Shown here one piece after another: positions 15,201-29,796 of a stretch of DNA of 64,000 nucleotides; within the stretch, counting starts at the first letter, position 1, and each line of letters opens with the position of its first letter. A model generated the notes under the pieces. That model made no database searches, was not told where the DNA came from, and saw only the letters and a program-made list of their open reading frames with translations. The translations under genes and the position numbers were made by a program. Source of the DNA: Eledone cirrhosa (taxonomy: Eukaryota); the NCBI GenBank assembly GCA_964016885.1, contig OZ024741.1, forward strand, positions 383,780,001 through 383,844,000. Reading direction: 5' to 3'.

Positions 15201-18200
15201 TAAATCACCAAAGACAAACAGTATTGCCAAATGGCCTTAATGTTTAGCCACATTTAAATTTCAAAATCAAATCTGTTACGTAGATAAGTTTAAACTTTAA
15301 AATCCAAATATGTTTCGAGATAAAAAAAAGTGTAAGGTTATCATGTCCTGCTCTCTTCAGTAAACATCCAGGAACAAATTGATATGCTTCACTTCCAAAT
15401 ATTTTAAAAGACTGTGTAACGCACATGGTTTACAGTTTCTAGCTAGCCTTATAACCGTACTGCTAGAAATAACAGCCGTATATATGAGGCTACTTCCAGC
15501 TCAACCTAAGGAGCAATAATATTAAGTGTAAGGAATTCTTTTACGATGAAATTAGCTCAAAGAAAGAAATATTTCTGAGCCGTGTAAAACATTTAAATAT
15601 AAATTAATATATATATGATGTAACACAAATACGAACATATCTGTATTTATATTGTAAAAGAAAAGTTAGTTAGCTAGAATGAAGTATATTTAATTATAAT
15701 ATTAGTCTGCCCATATCGATTTATAATAATAAATCAACAAAGACAAACAGTATTGCCAAATGGCCTTGATGTTTAGACACATTTAAATTTCAAAATCAAA
15801 CCTGTTCCGTAGATAAGTTTAAACTTTAAAATCCAAATATGTTTCGAGATAAAAAAAAGTGTAAGGATATCATGTTCTGCTCTCTTTAGTAAACATCCAG
15901 GAACAAATTGATATGCTTCACTTCCAAATATTTTAAAAGACTGTGTAACGCACATGGTTTACAGTTTCTAGCTAGCCTCATAACCGTACTGCTAGAAATA
16001 ACAGCCGTATATATGAGGCTACTTTCAACTCAACCTAAAGGGCAATAATATTAAGTGTAATGAATTCTTTTACAATGAAATTAGCTCAAAGAAAGAAATA
16101 TTTCTGAGCCGTGTAAAACATTTAAATATAAATTAATATATATATGATGAAACACAAATACCAACATATCTGTATTTATATTGTAAAAGAAAATTTAGTT
16201 AGCTAGAATGAAGTATACTAATTATAATATTACAGTCTGCCCATATCGATTTAAAATAATAAATCACCAAAGACAAACAGTATTGCCAAATGGCCTTAAT
16301 GTTTAGCCACATTTAAATTTCAAAATCAAATCTGTTACGTAGATAAGTTTAAACATTAAAATCCAAATATGTTTCGAGATAAAAAAAAGTGTAAGGTTAT
16401 CATGTCCTGCTCTCTTCAGTAAACATCCAGGAACAAATTGCTATGCTTCACTTCCAAATATTTTAAAAGACTGTGTAACGCACATGGTTTACAGTTTCTA
16501 GCTATCCTTATAACCGTACTGCTAGAAATAACAGCCGTATATATGAGGCTACTTCCAGCTCAACCTAAGGAGCAATAATATTAAGTGTAAGGAATTCTTT
16601 TACGATGAAATTAGCTCAAAGAAAGAAATATTTCTGAGCCGTGTAAAACATTTAAATATAAATTAATATATATATGATGTAACACAAATACGAACATATC
16701 TGTATTTATATTGTAAAAGAAAAGTTAGTTAGCTAGAATGAAGTATATTTAATTATAATATTAGTCTGCCCATATCGATTTATAATAATAAATCAACAAA
16801 GACAAACAGTATTGCCAAATGGCCTTGATGTTAAGACACATTTAAATTTCAAAATCAAACCTGTTACGTAGATAAGTTTAAACTTTAAAATCCAAATATG
16901 TTTCGAGATAAAAAAAAAGTGTAAGGATATCATGTTCTGCTCTCTTCAGTAAACATCCAGGAACAAATTGATATGCTTCACTTCCAAATATTTTAAAAGA
17001 CTGTGTAACGCACATGGTTTAGAGTTTCTAGCTAGCCTCATAACCGTACTGCTAGAAATAACAGCCGTATATATGAGGCTACTTACAGCTCAACCTAAGG
17101 AGCAATAATATTAAGTGTAATGAATTCTTTTACAATGAAATTAGCTCAAAGAAAGAAATATTTCTGAGCTGTGTAAAACATTCAAATATAAATTAATATA
17201 TATATGATGTAACACAAATACCAACATATCTGTATTTATATTGTAAAAGAAAATTTAGTTAGCTAGGATGAAGTATACTAATTATAATATTACAGTCTGC
17301 CCATATCGATTTAAAATAATAAATCAACAAAGACAAACAGTATTGCCAAATGGCCTTGATGTTTAGACACATTTAAATTTCAAAATCAAACCTGTTACGT
17401 ACATAAGTTTAAAATTTAAAATCCAAATATGTTTCGAGATAAAAAAAGTGTAAGGATATCATGTCCTGCTCTCTTCAGTAAACATCCAGGAACAAATTGA
17501 TATGCTTCACTTCCAAATATTTTAAAAGACTGTGTAACGCACATGGTTTACAGTTTCTAGCTAGCCTCATAACCGTACTGCTAGAAATAACAGCCGTATA
17601 TATGAGGCTACTTTCAGCTCAACCTACGAAGCAATAATATTAAGTGTAATGAATTCTTTTACAATGAAATTAGCTCAAAGAAAGAAATATTTCTGAGCCG
17701 TGTTAAACATTTAAATATAAATTAATATATATATGATGAAACACAAATACCAACATATCTGTATTTTTATTGTAAAAGAAAATTTAGTTAGCTAGAAGGA
17801 AGTATACTAATTATAATATTACAGTCTGCCCATATCGATTTAAAATAATAAATCAACAAAGACAAACAGTATTGCCAAATGGCCTTGATGTTTAGACACA
17901 TTTAAATTTCAAAATCAAACCTGTTCCGTAGATAAGTTTAAACTTTAAAATCCAAATATGTTTCGAGATAAAAAAAAAGTGTAAGGATATCATGTCCTGC
18001 TCTCTTCAGTAAACATCCAGGAACAAATTGATATGCTTCACTTCCAAATATTTTAAAAAGACTGTGTAACGCACATGGTTTACAGTTTCTAGCTAGCCTC
18101 ATAACCGTACTGCTAGAAATAACATCCGTATATATGAGGCTACTTTCAGCTCAACCTAAGGGGCAATAATATTAAGTGTAATGAATTCTTTTACAATGAA

Positions 18201-21200
18201 ATTAGCTCAAAGAAAGAAATATTTCTGAGCCGTGTAAAACATGTAAATATAAATTAATATATATATGATGAAACACAAATACCAACATATCTGTATTTTT
18301 ATTGTAAAAGAAAATTTAGTTAGCTAGAAGGAAGTATACTAATTATAATATTACAGTCTGCCCATATCGATTTAAAATAATAAATCAACAAAGACAAACA
18401 GTATTGCCAAATGGCCTTGATTTTTAGACACATTTAAATTTCAAAATAAAACCTGTTCCGTATATAAGTTTAAACTTTAAAATCCAAATTAGTTTTGAGA
18501 TATAAAAGTGTAAGGATATCATGTCCTGCCCTCTTCAGTAAACATCCAGGAACAAATTGATATGCTTCACTTCCAAATATTTTAAAAGACTGTGTAACGC
18601 ACATGGTTTACAGATTCTAGCTAGCCTCATAACCGTACTGCTAGAAATAACAGCCGTATATATGAGGCTACATTCAGCTCAACCTAAGGAGCAATAATAT
18701 TAAGTGTAATGAATTCTTTTACAATGAAATTAGCTCAAAGAAAGAAATATTTCTGAGCCGTGTAAAACATTTAAATATAAATTAATATGTATTATGAAAC
18801 ACAAATACCAACATATCTGTATTTATATTGTAAAAGAAAATTTAGTTAGCTAGAATGAAGTATACTAATTATAATATTACAGTCTGCCCATATCGATTTA
18901 AAATAATAAATCACCAAAGACAAACAGTATTGCTAAATGGCCTTGATGTTTAGCCACATTTAAATTTCAAAATCAAACCTGTTACGTAGATAAGTTTAAA
19001 CTTTAAAATCCAAATATGTTTCGAGATAAAAAAAAGTGTAAGGTTATCATGTCCTGCCCTCTTCAGTAAACATCCAGGAACAAATTGCTATGCTTCACTT
19101 CCAAATATTTTAAAAGACTGTGTAACGCACATGGTTTACAGTTTCTAGCTAGCCTCATAACCGTACTGCTAGAAATAACAGCCGTATATATGAGGCAACT
19201 TCCAGCTCAACCTAAGGAGCAATAATATTAAGTGTAATGAATTCTTTTACAATGAAATTAGCTCAAAGAAAGAAATAATTCTGAGCCGTGTAAAACATTT
19301 AAATATAAATTAATATGTATATGATGTAACACAAATACGAACATATCTGTATTTATATTGTAAAAGAAAAGTTAGTTATCTAGAATGAAGTATACTAATT
19401 ATAATATTAAAGTATGCCCATATCAATTTAAAATAATAAATCAACAAAGACAAACAGTATTGCCAAATGGCCTTGATGTTTAGACACATTTAAATTTCAA
19501 AATCAAACCTGTTCCTTAGATAAGTTTAAACTTTAAAATCCAAATATGTTTTGAGATAGAAAAGTGTAAGGATATCAAGTCCTGCTCTCTTCAGTAAACA
19601 TCCAGGAACAAATTGATATGCTTCACTTCCAAATATTTAAAAAGACTGTGTAACGCAAATGGTTTACAGTTTCTAGCTAGCCTCATAACCGTACTGCTAG
19701 AAATAACAGCCGTATATATGAGGCTACTTTCAGCTCAACCTAAGGAGCAATAATATTAAGTGTAATGAATTCTTTTACAATGAAATTAGCTGAAAGAAAG
19801 AAATATTCCTGAGCCGTGAAAAACATTTAAATATAAATTAATATATATTATGAAACACAAATACCAACATATCTGTATTTATATTATGAAAGAAAATTTA
19901 GTTAGCTAGAATGAAGTATACTTATTATAATATTACAGTCTGCCTATATCGATTTAAAATAATAAATCAACAAAGACAAACAGTATTGCCAAATGGCCTT
20001 GATGTTTAGACACATTTAAATTTCAAAATAAAACCTGTTCCGTATATAAGTTTAAACTTTAAAATCCAAATTAGTTTTGAGATATAAAAGTGTAAGGATA
20101 TCATGTCCTGCTCTCTTCAGTAAACATCCAGGAACAAATTGATATGCTTCACTTCCAAATATTTTAAAAAGACTGTGTAACGCACATGGTTTACAGTTTC
20201 TAGCTAGCCTCATAACCGTACTGCTAGAAATAACATCCGTATATATGAGGCTACTTTCAGCTCAACCTAAGGGGCAATAATATTAAGTGTAATGAATTCT
20301 TTTACAATGAAATTAGCTCAAAGAAAGAAATATTTCTGAGCCGTGTAAAACATTTAAATATAAATTAATATATATATGATGAAACACAAATACCAACATA
20401 TCTGTATTTTTATTGTAAAAGAAAATTTAGTTAGCTAGAAGGAAGTATACTAATTATAATATTACAGTCTGCCCATATCGATTTAAAATAATAAATCAAC
20501 AAAGACAAACAGTATTGCCAAATGGCCTTGATGTTTTAACACATTTAAATTTCAAAATCAAACCTGTTCCGTAGATAAGTTTAAACTTTAAAATCCAAAT
20601 ATGTTTCGAGATAAAAAAAAAGTGTAAGGATATCATGTTCTGCTCTCTTCAGTAAACATCCAGGAACAAATTGATATGCTTCACTTCCAAATATTTTAAA
20701 AGACTGTGTAACGCACATGGTTTACAGATTCTAGCTAGCCTCATAACCGTACTGCTAGAAATAACAGCCGTATATATGAGGCTACATTCAGCTCAACCTA
20801 AGGAGCAATAATATTAAGTGTAATGAATTCTTTTACAATGAAATTAGCTCAAAGAAAGAAATAATTCTGAGCCGTGTAAAACATTTAAATATAAATTAAT
20901 ATGTATTATGAAACACAAATACCAACATATCTGTATTTATATTGTAAAAGAAAATTTAGTTAGCTAGAATGAAGTATACTAATTATAATATTACAGTCTG
21001 CCCATATCGATTTAAAATAATAAATCACCAAAGACAAACAGTATTGCTAAATGGCCTTGATGTTTAGCCACATTTAAATTTCAAAATCAAACCTGTTACG
21101 TAGATAAGTTTAAACTTTAAAATCCAAATATGTTTCGAGATAAAAAAAAGTGTAAGGTTATCATGTCCTGCTCTCTTCAGTAAACATCCAGGAACAAATT

Positions 21201-24200
21201 GCTATCCTTCACTTCCAAATATTTTAAAAGACTGTGTAACGCACATGGTTTACAGTTTCTAGCTAGCCTCATAACCGTACTGCTAGAAATAACAGCCGTA
21301 TATATGAGGCTACTTCCAGCTCAACCTAAGGAGCAATAATATTAAGTGTAAGGAATTGTTTTACGATGAAATTAGCTCAAAGAAAGAAATATTTCTGAGC
21401 CGTGTAAAACATTTAAATATAAATTAATATATATATGATCTAACACAAATACGAACATATCTGTATTTATATTGTAAAAGAAAAGTTAGTTAGCTAGAAT
21501 GAAGTATACTAATTATAATATTAAAGTATTCCCATATCAATTTAAAATAATAAATCAACAAAGACAAACAGTATTGCCAAATGGCCTTGATGTTTAGACA
21601 CATTTAAATTTCAAAATCAAACCTGTTCCGTAGATAAGTTTAAACTTTAAAATCCAAATATGTTTTCAGATAGAAAAGTGTAAGGATATCAAGTCCTGCT
21701 CTCTTCAGTAAACATCCAGGAACAAATTGATATGCTTCACTTCCAAATATTTTAAAAGACTGTGTAACGCAAATGGTTTACAGTTTCTAGCTAGCCTCAT
21801 AACCGTACTGCTAGAAATAACAGCCGTATATATGAGGCTACTTTCAGCTCAACCTAAGAAGCAATAATATTAGGTGTAATGAATTCTTTTACAATGAAAT
21901 TAGCTCAAATAAAGAAATATTCCTGAGCCGTGAAAAACATTTAAATATAAATTAATATATATTATGAAACACAAATACCAACATATCTGTATTTATATTA
22001 TAAAAGAAAATTTAGTTAGCTAGAATGAAGAATACTTATTATAATATTACAGTCTGCCCATATGGATTTAAAATAATAAATCAACAAAGACAAACAGTAT
22101 TGCCAAATGGCCTTGATGTTTAGACACATTAAAATTTCAAAATAAAACCTGTTCCGTATATAAGTTTATACTTTAAGATCCAAATTAGTTTTGAGATATA
22201 AAAGTGTAAGGTTATCATGTCCTGCTCTCTTCAGTAAACATCCAGGAACAAATTGCTATGCTTCACTTCCAAATATTTTAAAAGACTGTGTAACGCACAT
22301 GGTTTAGAGTTTCTAGCTAGCCTCATAACCGTACTGCTAGAAATAACAGCCGTATATATGAGGCTACTTACAGCTCAACCTAAGGAGCAATAATATTAAG
22401 TGTAATGAATTCTTTTACAATGAAATTAGCTCAAAGAAAGAAATATTTCTGAGCTGTGTAAAACATTTAAATATAAATTAATATATATATGATGTAACAC
22501 AAATACCAACATATCTGTATTTATATTGTAAAAGAAAATTTAGTTAGCTAGAATGAAGTATACTAATTATAATATTAGTCTGCCCATATCGATTTATAAT
22601 AATAAATCAACAAAGTCAAAAAGTTTTGCCAAATGACCTTGATGTTTAGACACATTTAAATCTCAAAATCAAAGATGTTCCGTAGATAAGTTTAAACTTT
22701 AAAATCCAAATATATTTCGAGATAAAAAAGTGTAAGTTATCATGTCCTGCTCTCTTCAGTAAACATCCAGGAACAAATTGCTATGCTTCACTTCCAAATA
22801 TTTTAAAAGAATGTGTAACGCACATGGTTTAGAGTTTCTAGCTAGCCTCATAACCGTACTGCTAGAAATAACAGCCGTATATATGAGGCTACTTTCAGCT
22901 CAACCTAAGGAGCAATAATATTAAGTGTAATGAATTATTTTACAATGAAATTAGCTGAAATAAAGAAATATTCCTGAGCCGTGAAAAACATTTAAATATA
23001 AATTAATATATATTATGAAACACAAATACCAACATATCTGTATTTATATTGTAAAAGAAAATTTTGTTATCTAGAATGAAGTATACTTATTATAATATTA
23101 TAGTCTGCCCATATGGATTTAAAATAATAAATCAACAAAGACAAACAGTATTGCCAAATGGCCTTGATGTTTAGATACATTTAAATTTCAAAATAAAAAC
23201 TGTTCCGTATATAAGTTTAAACTTTAAAATCCAAATATGTTTTGAGACAGAAAAGTGTAAGGATATCATGTCCTTATCTCTTCAGTAAACATCCAGGAAC
23301 AAATTGATATGCTTCACTTCCAAATATTTTAAAAGACTGTGTAACGCAAATGGTTTAGAGTTTCTAGCTAGCCTCATAACCGTACTGCTAGAAATAACAG
23401 CCGTATATATGAGGCTACTTTCAGCTCAACCTAATGAGCAATAATATTAAGTGTAATGAATTCATTTACAATGAAATTAGCTCAAATAAAGAATTATTCC
23501 TGAGCCGTGAAAAACATTTAAATATAAATTAATATATATTATGAAACACAAATACCAACATATCTGTATTTATATTATGAAAGAAAATTTAGTTAGCTAG
23601 AATGAAGTATACTTATTATAATATTACAGTCTGCCCATATGGATTTAAAATAATAAATCAACAAAGACAAACAGTATTGCCAAATGGCCTTGATGTTTAG
23701 ACACATTTAAATTTCAAAATAAAACCTGTTCCGTATATAAGTTTAAACTTTAAAATCCAAATTAGTTTTGAGATATAAAAGTGTAAGGATATCATGTCCT
23801 GCTCTCTTCAGTAAACATCCAGGAACAAATTGATATGCTTCACTTCCAAATATTTTAAAAAGACTGTGTAACGCACATGGTTTACAGTTTCTAGCTAGCC
23901 TCATAACCGTACTGCTAGAAATAACATCCGTATATATGAGGCTACTTTCAGCTCAACCTAAGGGGCAATAATATTAAGTGTAATGAATTCTTTTACAATG
24001 AAATTAGCTCAAAGAAAGAAATATTTCTGAGCCGTGTAAAACATTTAAATATAAATTAATATATATGATGAAACACAAATACAAACATATTTGTATTTAT
24101 ATTGTAAAAGAAAATTTAGTTAGCTAGAATGAAGTATACTAATTATAATATTAGTCTGCCCATATCAATTTATAATAATAAATCAACAAAGACAAACAGT

Positions 24201-26602
24201 ATTGCCAAATGGCCTTGATCTTTAGACACATTTAAATTTCAAAATCAAACATGTTCCGTAGATAAGTTTAAACTTTAAAATCCAAATATATTTCGAGATA
24301 AAAAAAGTGTAAGTTATCATGTCCTTATCTCTTCAGTAAACATCCAGGAACAAATTGCTATGCTTCACTCCAAATATGTTAAAAGACTGTGTAACGCACA
24401 TGGTTTACAGATTCTAGCTAGCTTCATAACCGTACTGCTAGAAATAACAGCCGTATATTTGAGGCTACTTTCAGCTCAACCTAAGGAGCAATAATATTAA
24501 GTGTAATGAATTCTTTTACAATGAAATTAGCTCAAAGAAAGGAATATTTCTGAGCCTTGTAAAACATTTAAATATGAATTACTATATATATGATGTAACA
24601 CAAATACGAACATATCCGTATTTATATTGTAAAAGAAAAGTTAGTTAGCTAGAATGAAGTATACTACTTATAATATTAAGGTATGCCCATATCAATTTAA
24701 AATAATAAATCGACAAAGACAAACAGTATTGCCAAATGGCCTTGATGTTTAGACACATTTAAATTTCAAAATCAAACCTGTTCCGTAGATAAGTTTAAAC
24801 TTTAAAATCCAAATATGTTTTGAGATAGAAAAGTGTAAGGATATCATGTCCTGCCCTCTTCAGTAAACATCCAGGAACAAATTGATATGCTTCACTTCCA
24901 AATATTTTAAAAGACTGTGTAACGCAAATGGTTTACAGTTTCTAGCTAGCCTCATAACCGTACTGCTAGAAATAACAGCCGTATATATGAGGCTACTTTC
25001 AGCTCAACCTAAGAAGCAATAATATTAGGTGTAATGAATTCTTTTACAATGAAATTAGCTCAAATAAAGAAATATTCCTGAGCCGTGAAAAACATTTAAA
25101 TATAAATTAATATATATTATGAAACACAAATACCAACATATCTGTATTTATATTATAAAAGAAAATTTAGTTAGCTAGAATGAAGAATACTTATTATAAT
25201 ATTACAGTCTGCCCATATGGATTTAAAATAAGAAATTAACAAAGACAAACAGTATTGCCAAATGGCCTTGATGTTTAGACACATTTAAATTTCAAAATCA
25301 AACCTGTTCCGCAGATAAGTTTAAACTTTAAAATCCAAATATGTTTCGAGATAAAAAAGTGTAAGGATATCATGTCCTGCTCTCTTCAGTAAACATCCAG
25401 GAACAAATTGATATGCTTCACTTCCAAATATTTTAAAAGACTGTGTAACGCACATGGTTTACAGTTTCTAGCTAGCCTCATAACCGTACTGCTAGAAATA
25501 ACAGCCGTATATATGAGGCTACTTCCAGCTCAACCTAAGGAGCAATAATATTAAGTGTAATGAATTCTTTTTCAATGAAATTAGCTCAAAGAAAGAAATA
25601 TTTCTGAGCCGTGAAAAACATTTAAATATAAATTAATATATATTATGAAACACAAATACCAACATATCTGTATTTATATTGTAAAAGAAAATTTAGTTAG
25701 CTAGAATGAAGTATACTAATTATAATATTACAGTCTGCCCATATCGAATTAAAATAATAAATCAACAAAGACAAACAGTATTACCAAATGACCTTGATGT
25801 TTAGCCACATTTAAATTTCAAAATCAAACATGTTCCGTAGATAAGTTTAAACTTTAAAATCCAAATATGTTTCGAGATAAAAAAAGTGTAAGGATATCAT
25901 GTCCTAGCTCTTCAGTAAACATCCAGGAACAAATTGATATGCTTCACTTCCAAATATTTTAAAAGACTGTGTAACGCACATGGTTTACAGTTTCTAGCTA
26001 GCCTCATAACCGTACTGCTAGAAATAACAGCCGTATATATGAGGCTACTTTCAGCTCAACCTAAGGAGCAATAATATTAAGTGCAATGAATTCTTTTACA
26101 ATGAAATTAGCTCAAGGAAAGAAATATTTCCGAGCCGTGTAAAACATTTAAATATAAATTAATATAGATGATGAAACACAAATCCCAACATATCTGTATT
26201 TATATTGTAAAAGTAAATTTAGTTAGCTAGAATGAAGTATACTAATTATAATATTACAGTCTGCCCATATCGATTTAAAATAATAAATCAACAAAGACAA
26301 ACAATATTGCCAAATGGCCTTGATGTTTAGACACATTTCATTTTCAAAATCAAACCTGTTCCGTAGATAAGTGTAAACTTTAAAATCCAAATATGTTTCG
26401 AGATAAAAATGTGTAAGGATATCATGTCCTGCTCTCTTCAGTAAACATCCAGGAACAAATTGATATGTTTCGCTTCCAAATATTTTAAAAGACTGTGTAA
26501 CGCACTTGGTTTACAGTTTCTAGTTAGCCTCATAACCGTACTGCTAGAAATAACAGCCGTATATATGAGGCTACTTTCAGCTCAACCTAAGGAGCAATAA
26601 TA
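251..26602. repeat. Tandem satellite array, ~527-bp monomer x 50
   Basis: The motif atattaagtg(t/g)aatgaattc recurs at ~251, 779, 1307, 1837 ... 25548, 26074. I counted 50 starts by eye. Monomers differ by scattered SNPs and small indels. The array starts and ends at the same phase, each end against (TA)n. Confidence 0.97.
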
Positions 26603-26649
<47 letters not shown>

Positions 26650-26651
<2 letters not shown>

Positions 26652-26900
26652 AGGGTATTCAAAACGTAACCAGAAATAACACAGCGCAATGAAGAATTCT
26701 ATTAGTTTAACGCTTGATATAATAGGAAAAAAGTATTTACATTTCGGACACTAGCTCTTCATCAGAAGATAGAACGAAAGATAGAAGATAAAATGGAGAA
26801 ATGGTGAGGGAGAAGAGGATGGAACAGAAAACCTATTTTATTTTTAGAAAAAGCAGGTGATATCCACTCAGCCATTTTGGATATTTATAATATTAAATAT
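26650..26900 (-). mobile_element. Short PLE pLTR-like fragment with degenerate HHR core
   Basis: Minus strand 26736-26768 reads ctt-CTGATGA-agagc-tagt-gtcc-GAAA-tgta. It abuts a (TA)n tract. Stem II is imperfect. Confidence 0.45.
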
Positions 26901-26966
26901 AACAATGTATGTATATGTATATGTATATGTGTGTGCGTGTGTGTATGTATGTATATGTGTATGTGT

Positions 26967-27112
26967 GCGAAGTGGCAGAGTCATTAAGTGGTCGGATTAA
27001 AAAGGTTCTGGTTCAATGCACTGTGAGTTCAAATTGCGCCGAGATCAAGTTTTCTTTTCATGGATAAAGTACTTGAGTCGATTTGTTTTCACTTCTTGTT
27101 TAGAAACAACCA
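26967..27112 (+). mobile_element. Degenerate tRNA-derived SINE (family A)
   Basis: tggcagagtc ... gagttcaaat ... gccgag ... ttttcat ... ataaagtac ... agaaac resembles the intact copy at 50487. Confidence 0.55.
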
Positions 27113-27296
27113 TATTAAAATGCAAATTGTCGCCGTGATTCAAGACGACATCTCTACAACTCCATCAGTAGTTAAGAGTTCTTTAACTTACCTCTCTCCT
27201 TATTCCATCTCTCTATATATATATGTGTGTGTTTGTGTGTGTATCCGCGTGTATATATATATATATATCTTTTTTTTTTTCGATCGACTCTCGTCA

Positions 27297-27480
27297 AATC
27301 GGAACGAAGAAACACTGTTTCCGTTGGTCTTTACAATTGCTAATACTATCTATCGGTCGCAACTCCAGGTAGAAGGAGCAACGTGGAATAAAGTGCCTTG
27401 CTCAATAACGCATTGCCCAGTCCTAGAATAGATTGCGAATCCAGTTCTCTAACCACACAGCCACACGCCTTCACAAATAC
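27297..27480 (-). mobile_element. tRNA-derived SINE-like element (family B), left arm of an inverted duplication
   Basis: Reverse complement of 29611-29796 with about 4 mismatches. Confidence 0.7.
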
Positions 27481-27501
27481 GTATATATATATGAATGTAT
27501 G

Positions 27502-27552
<51 letters not shown>

Positions 27553-27586
27553 ATATATATATATGTATATATATATGAATGTATGC

Positions 27587-27625
<39 letters not shown>

Positions 27626-27654
27626 TGTGTATATATATATATATGTATATATAT

Positions 27655-29415
27655 GTGTGCCACGGAACACCCGCCCATCGCCTTACGGTCGAACAACGAA
27701 CTATCTTCATCTTACAGACCCACACTCCCCCCCGGCCTGAACACCCCACACTTATTCCTTTAGCGTTCGACCGCCCCCCTCCCCTCACACTTATCCCCCA
27801 CTGACACCACTAACACACCCCTCCTTTCACCGCCCATCCCACACTAACAATACTAACACCTCCACTCCACCCCTCATCTGACCACCCTTCCACAACTAAC
27901 ATACTAACATCCCTTCCCTCCCCTCTTCTCCTCCTCCTCCTCCTTATCACACGCACACACCCGCCGGCACATATATACACGCGCTCACACTAAACACACA
28001 CCCTACTACCACCACTAACCCTCACCCTCACACCTCTCACCCCCACACCTCCATCCCACCATCCGAAACTAACCTCACTAACACCCCCTAACCCCAAGCA
28101 CACGAACACACGCACCCACTTACACCACCCACCCCACACGCAACTAACATCACTAACACCCCCCACCCCACACGCAACTAACATCACTAACACCCCCAAC
28201 CCCACGCACACGTACCCACACACCCTCGTACACCACCAACTCTACACACCCTACCACCACTAACCCCCACTCACACCTGCATTCAACCCCTCCCCACCTC
28301 CCGTATGCTAACACCCACTAACACCTCTTCATCAAACTACACACACACCAGTACACCACACTCCCTCCATAGAACCACACACACCCTTCTCTCCCCGCTC
28401 CACCCACACCCTCGCTCCACACTCACTCATCCCACACACCCCTACTAATACACACACACACACACCCTCCTCACTCCAACTTTCACACCTACCCATCCTC
28501 GCCCCCTTATCATTCCACCGACTGCTGCTATGCCCTCTGACCACCTTCCAGCACTAACAGACCACAGCACTCCCACTGCTGACCACTTCCTGTTGCGCGC
28601 GCACCCCACATCTCTCCTCTTCCGACCACCGCTTCATGGATTACCCACACGCAGAAATTGACTTACAACCAATCCACTAAACATCCTTGGAATTTACCAA
28701 CTTTTCAACCATCCTCTTACGTAATCACCTATATAACTCACACACACTCACCCCCAAAAAATTTTTTTCTCCACACTCCACCCACACCCACAACACGCTT
28801 AAACCCCACACACACGTGCTTTCCACCACATATTTACACCCTCAGCCTCCTGATTCCTCTCCCCCCACCCCCCTATCCACACACGCACAGACACTCCGAC
28901 CCACAAAAACACCCCCCACACACACCTCTTCCCCGTTCTTCCCTCAACCCTTACTTTCACATACACACACACACACACACACACACGCACACCTTCACAC
29001 ACACACCACCTTCAGCCCTCCCCGCTCGGACACCCCGTCTCCCTCTCCCCACTCCACCCGCCACCACCCCTACTCACCCCACACCCTTCCACCACCTGTT
29101 TACCCCCCTTTTAATTTCAGTTTATTTTGATCATGCCTTTATTTTTAAATTTATCTCATTCCTTGTATTTTGATCATGCTTTATTTTTATTTTTATCTTT
29201 ATTTGTTATTTTTTCATTCGCACCGTTTCCTTTCGCTATATGTCTCTCCACCACTCCCCTACACACCTTTTGAACTCTGTTCCCACACACTTCTCACCTG
29301 AGGAAGGGCTTATGCCCGAAACGTCGTCCCCCACCTACACTTCACTCTCCTGAGCGTGAAATTAATAAACATTTATTGTGCTGCCTCTCTGTTTTGTCCC
29401 TGTTAAAATATTTCC

Positions 29416-29416
<1 letters not shown>
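27655..29416 (+). mobile_element. 5'-truncated Penelope-like element (EN C-terminus, CA-rich 3' region, pLTR with HHR-like motif)
   Basis: 27660-27745 translates to [17 protein letters not shown] and, after a frameshift, PGLN, matching the PLE GIY-YIG C-terminal motif E..IF.L.T..P.GLN. CTGAGGA-agggc-ttat-gccc-GAAACGTC lies at 29298-29325, followed by AATAAA and (TA)n. Confidence 0.75.
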
Positions 29417-29505
<89 letters not shown>

Positions 29506-29549
29506 CATATATGTGTATATATATATATACACATATATATATACATACA

Positions 29550-29581
<32 letters not shown>

Positions 29582-29610
29582 CACATACATACATTCATAT
29601 ATATATATAT

Positions 29611-29796
29611 ACGTATTTGTGAAGGCGTGTGGCTGAGTGGTTAGAGAACTGGATTCGCAATCTATTCTAGGATTGGGCAATGCGTTATTGAGCAAGGCAC
29701 TTTATTCCACGTTGCTCCTTCTACCTGGAGTTGCGACCGATAGATAGTATTAGCAATTGGAAAGACCAACGGAAACAGTGTTTCGTCGTTCCGATT
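29611..29796 (+). mobile_element. tRNA-derived SINE-like element (family B), right arm of the inverted duplication
   Basis: A-box-like TGGCTGAGTGG head and ttgagcaaggcact body. A related head fragment lies at ~41205-41262. Confidence 0.7.

Noticed and set aside
504-15955. Repeated 60-aa ORFs (MCVTQSFKIFGSEAYQ...) as a tandem gene family
   Set aside because: The ORF is intact in only about a dozen of 50 monomers. It is broken freely by poly-A length changes and has no recognisable domain.
251-26602. CRISPR array, or 5S/snRNA/histone tandem gene cluster
   Set aside because: There are no unique spacers, and I recognise no 5S, tRNA, snRNA or histone sequence in the monomer.
29298-29328. Active HHR at 29298 and its paralogue at 31739
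   Set aside because: The core and stem II are present, but no stem I partner follows the putative cleavage site. Kept only as a PLE pLTR marker.
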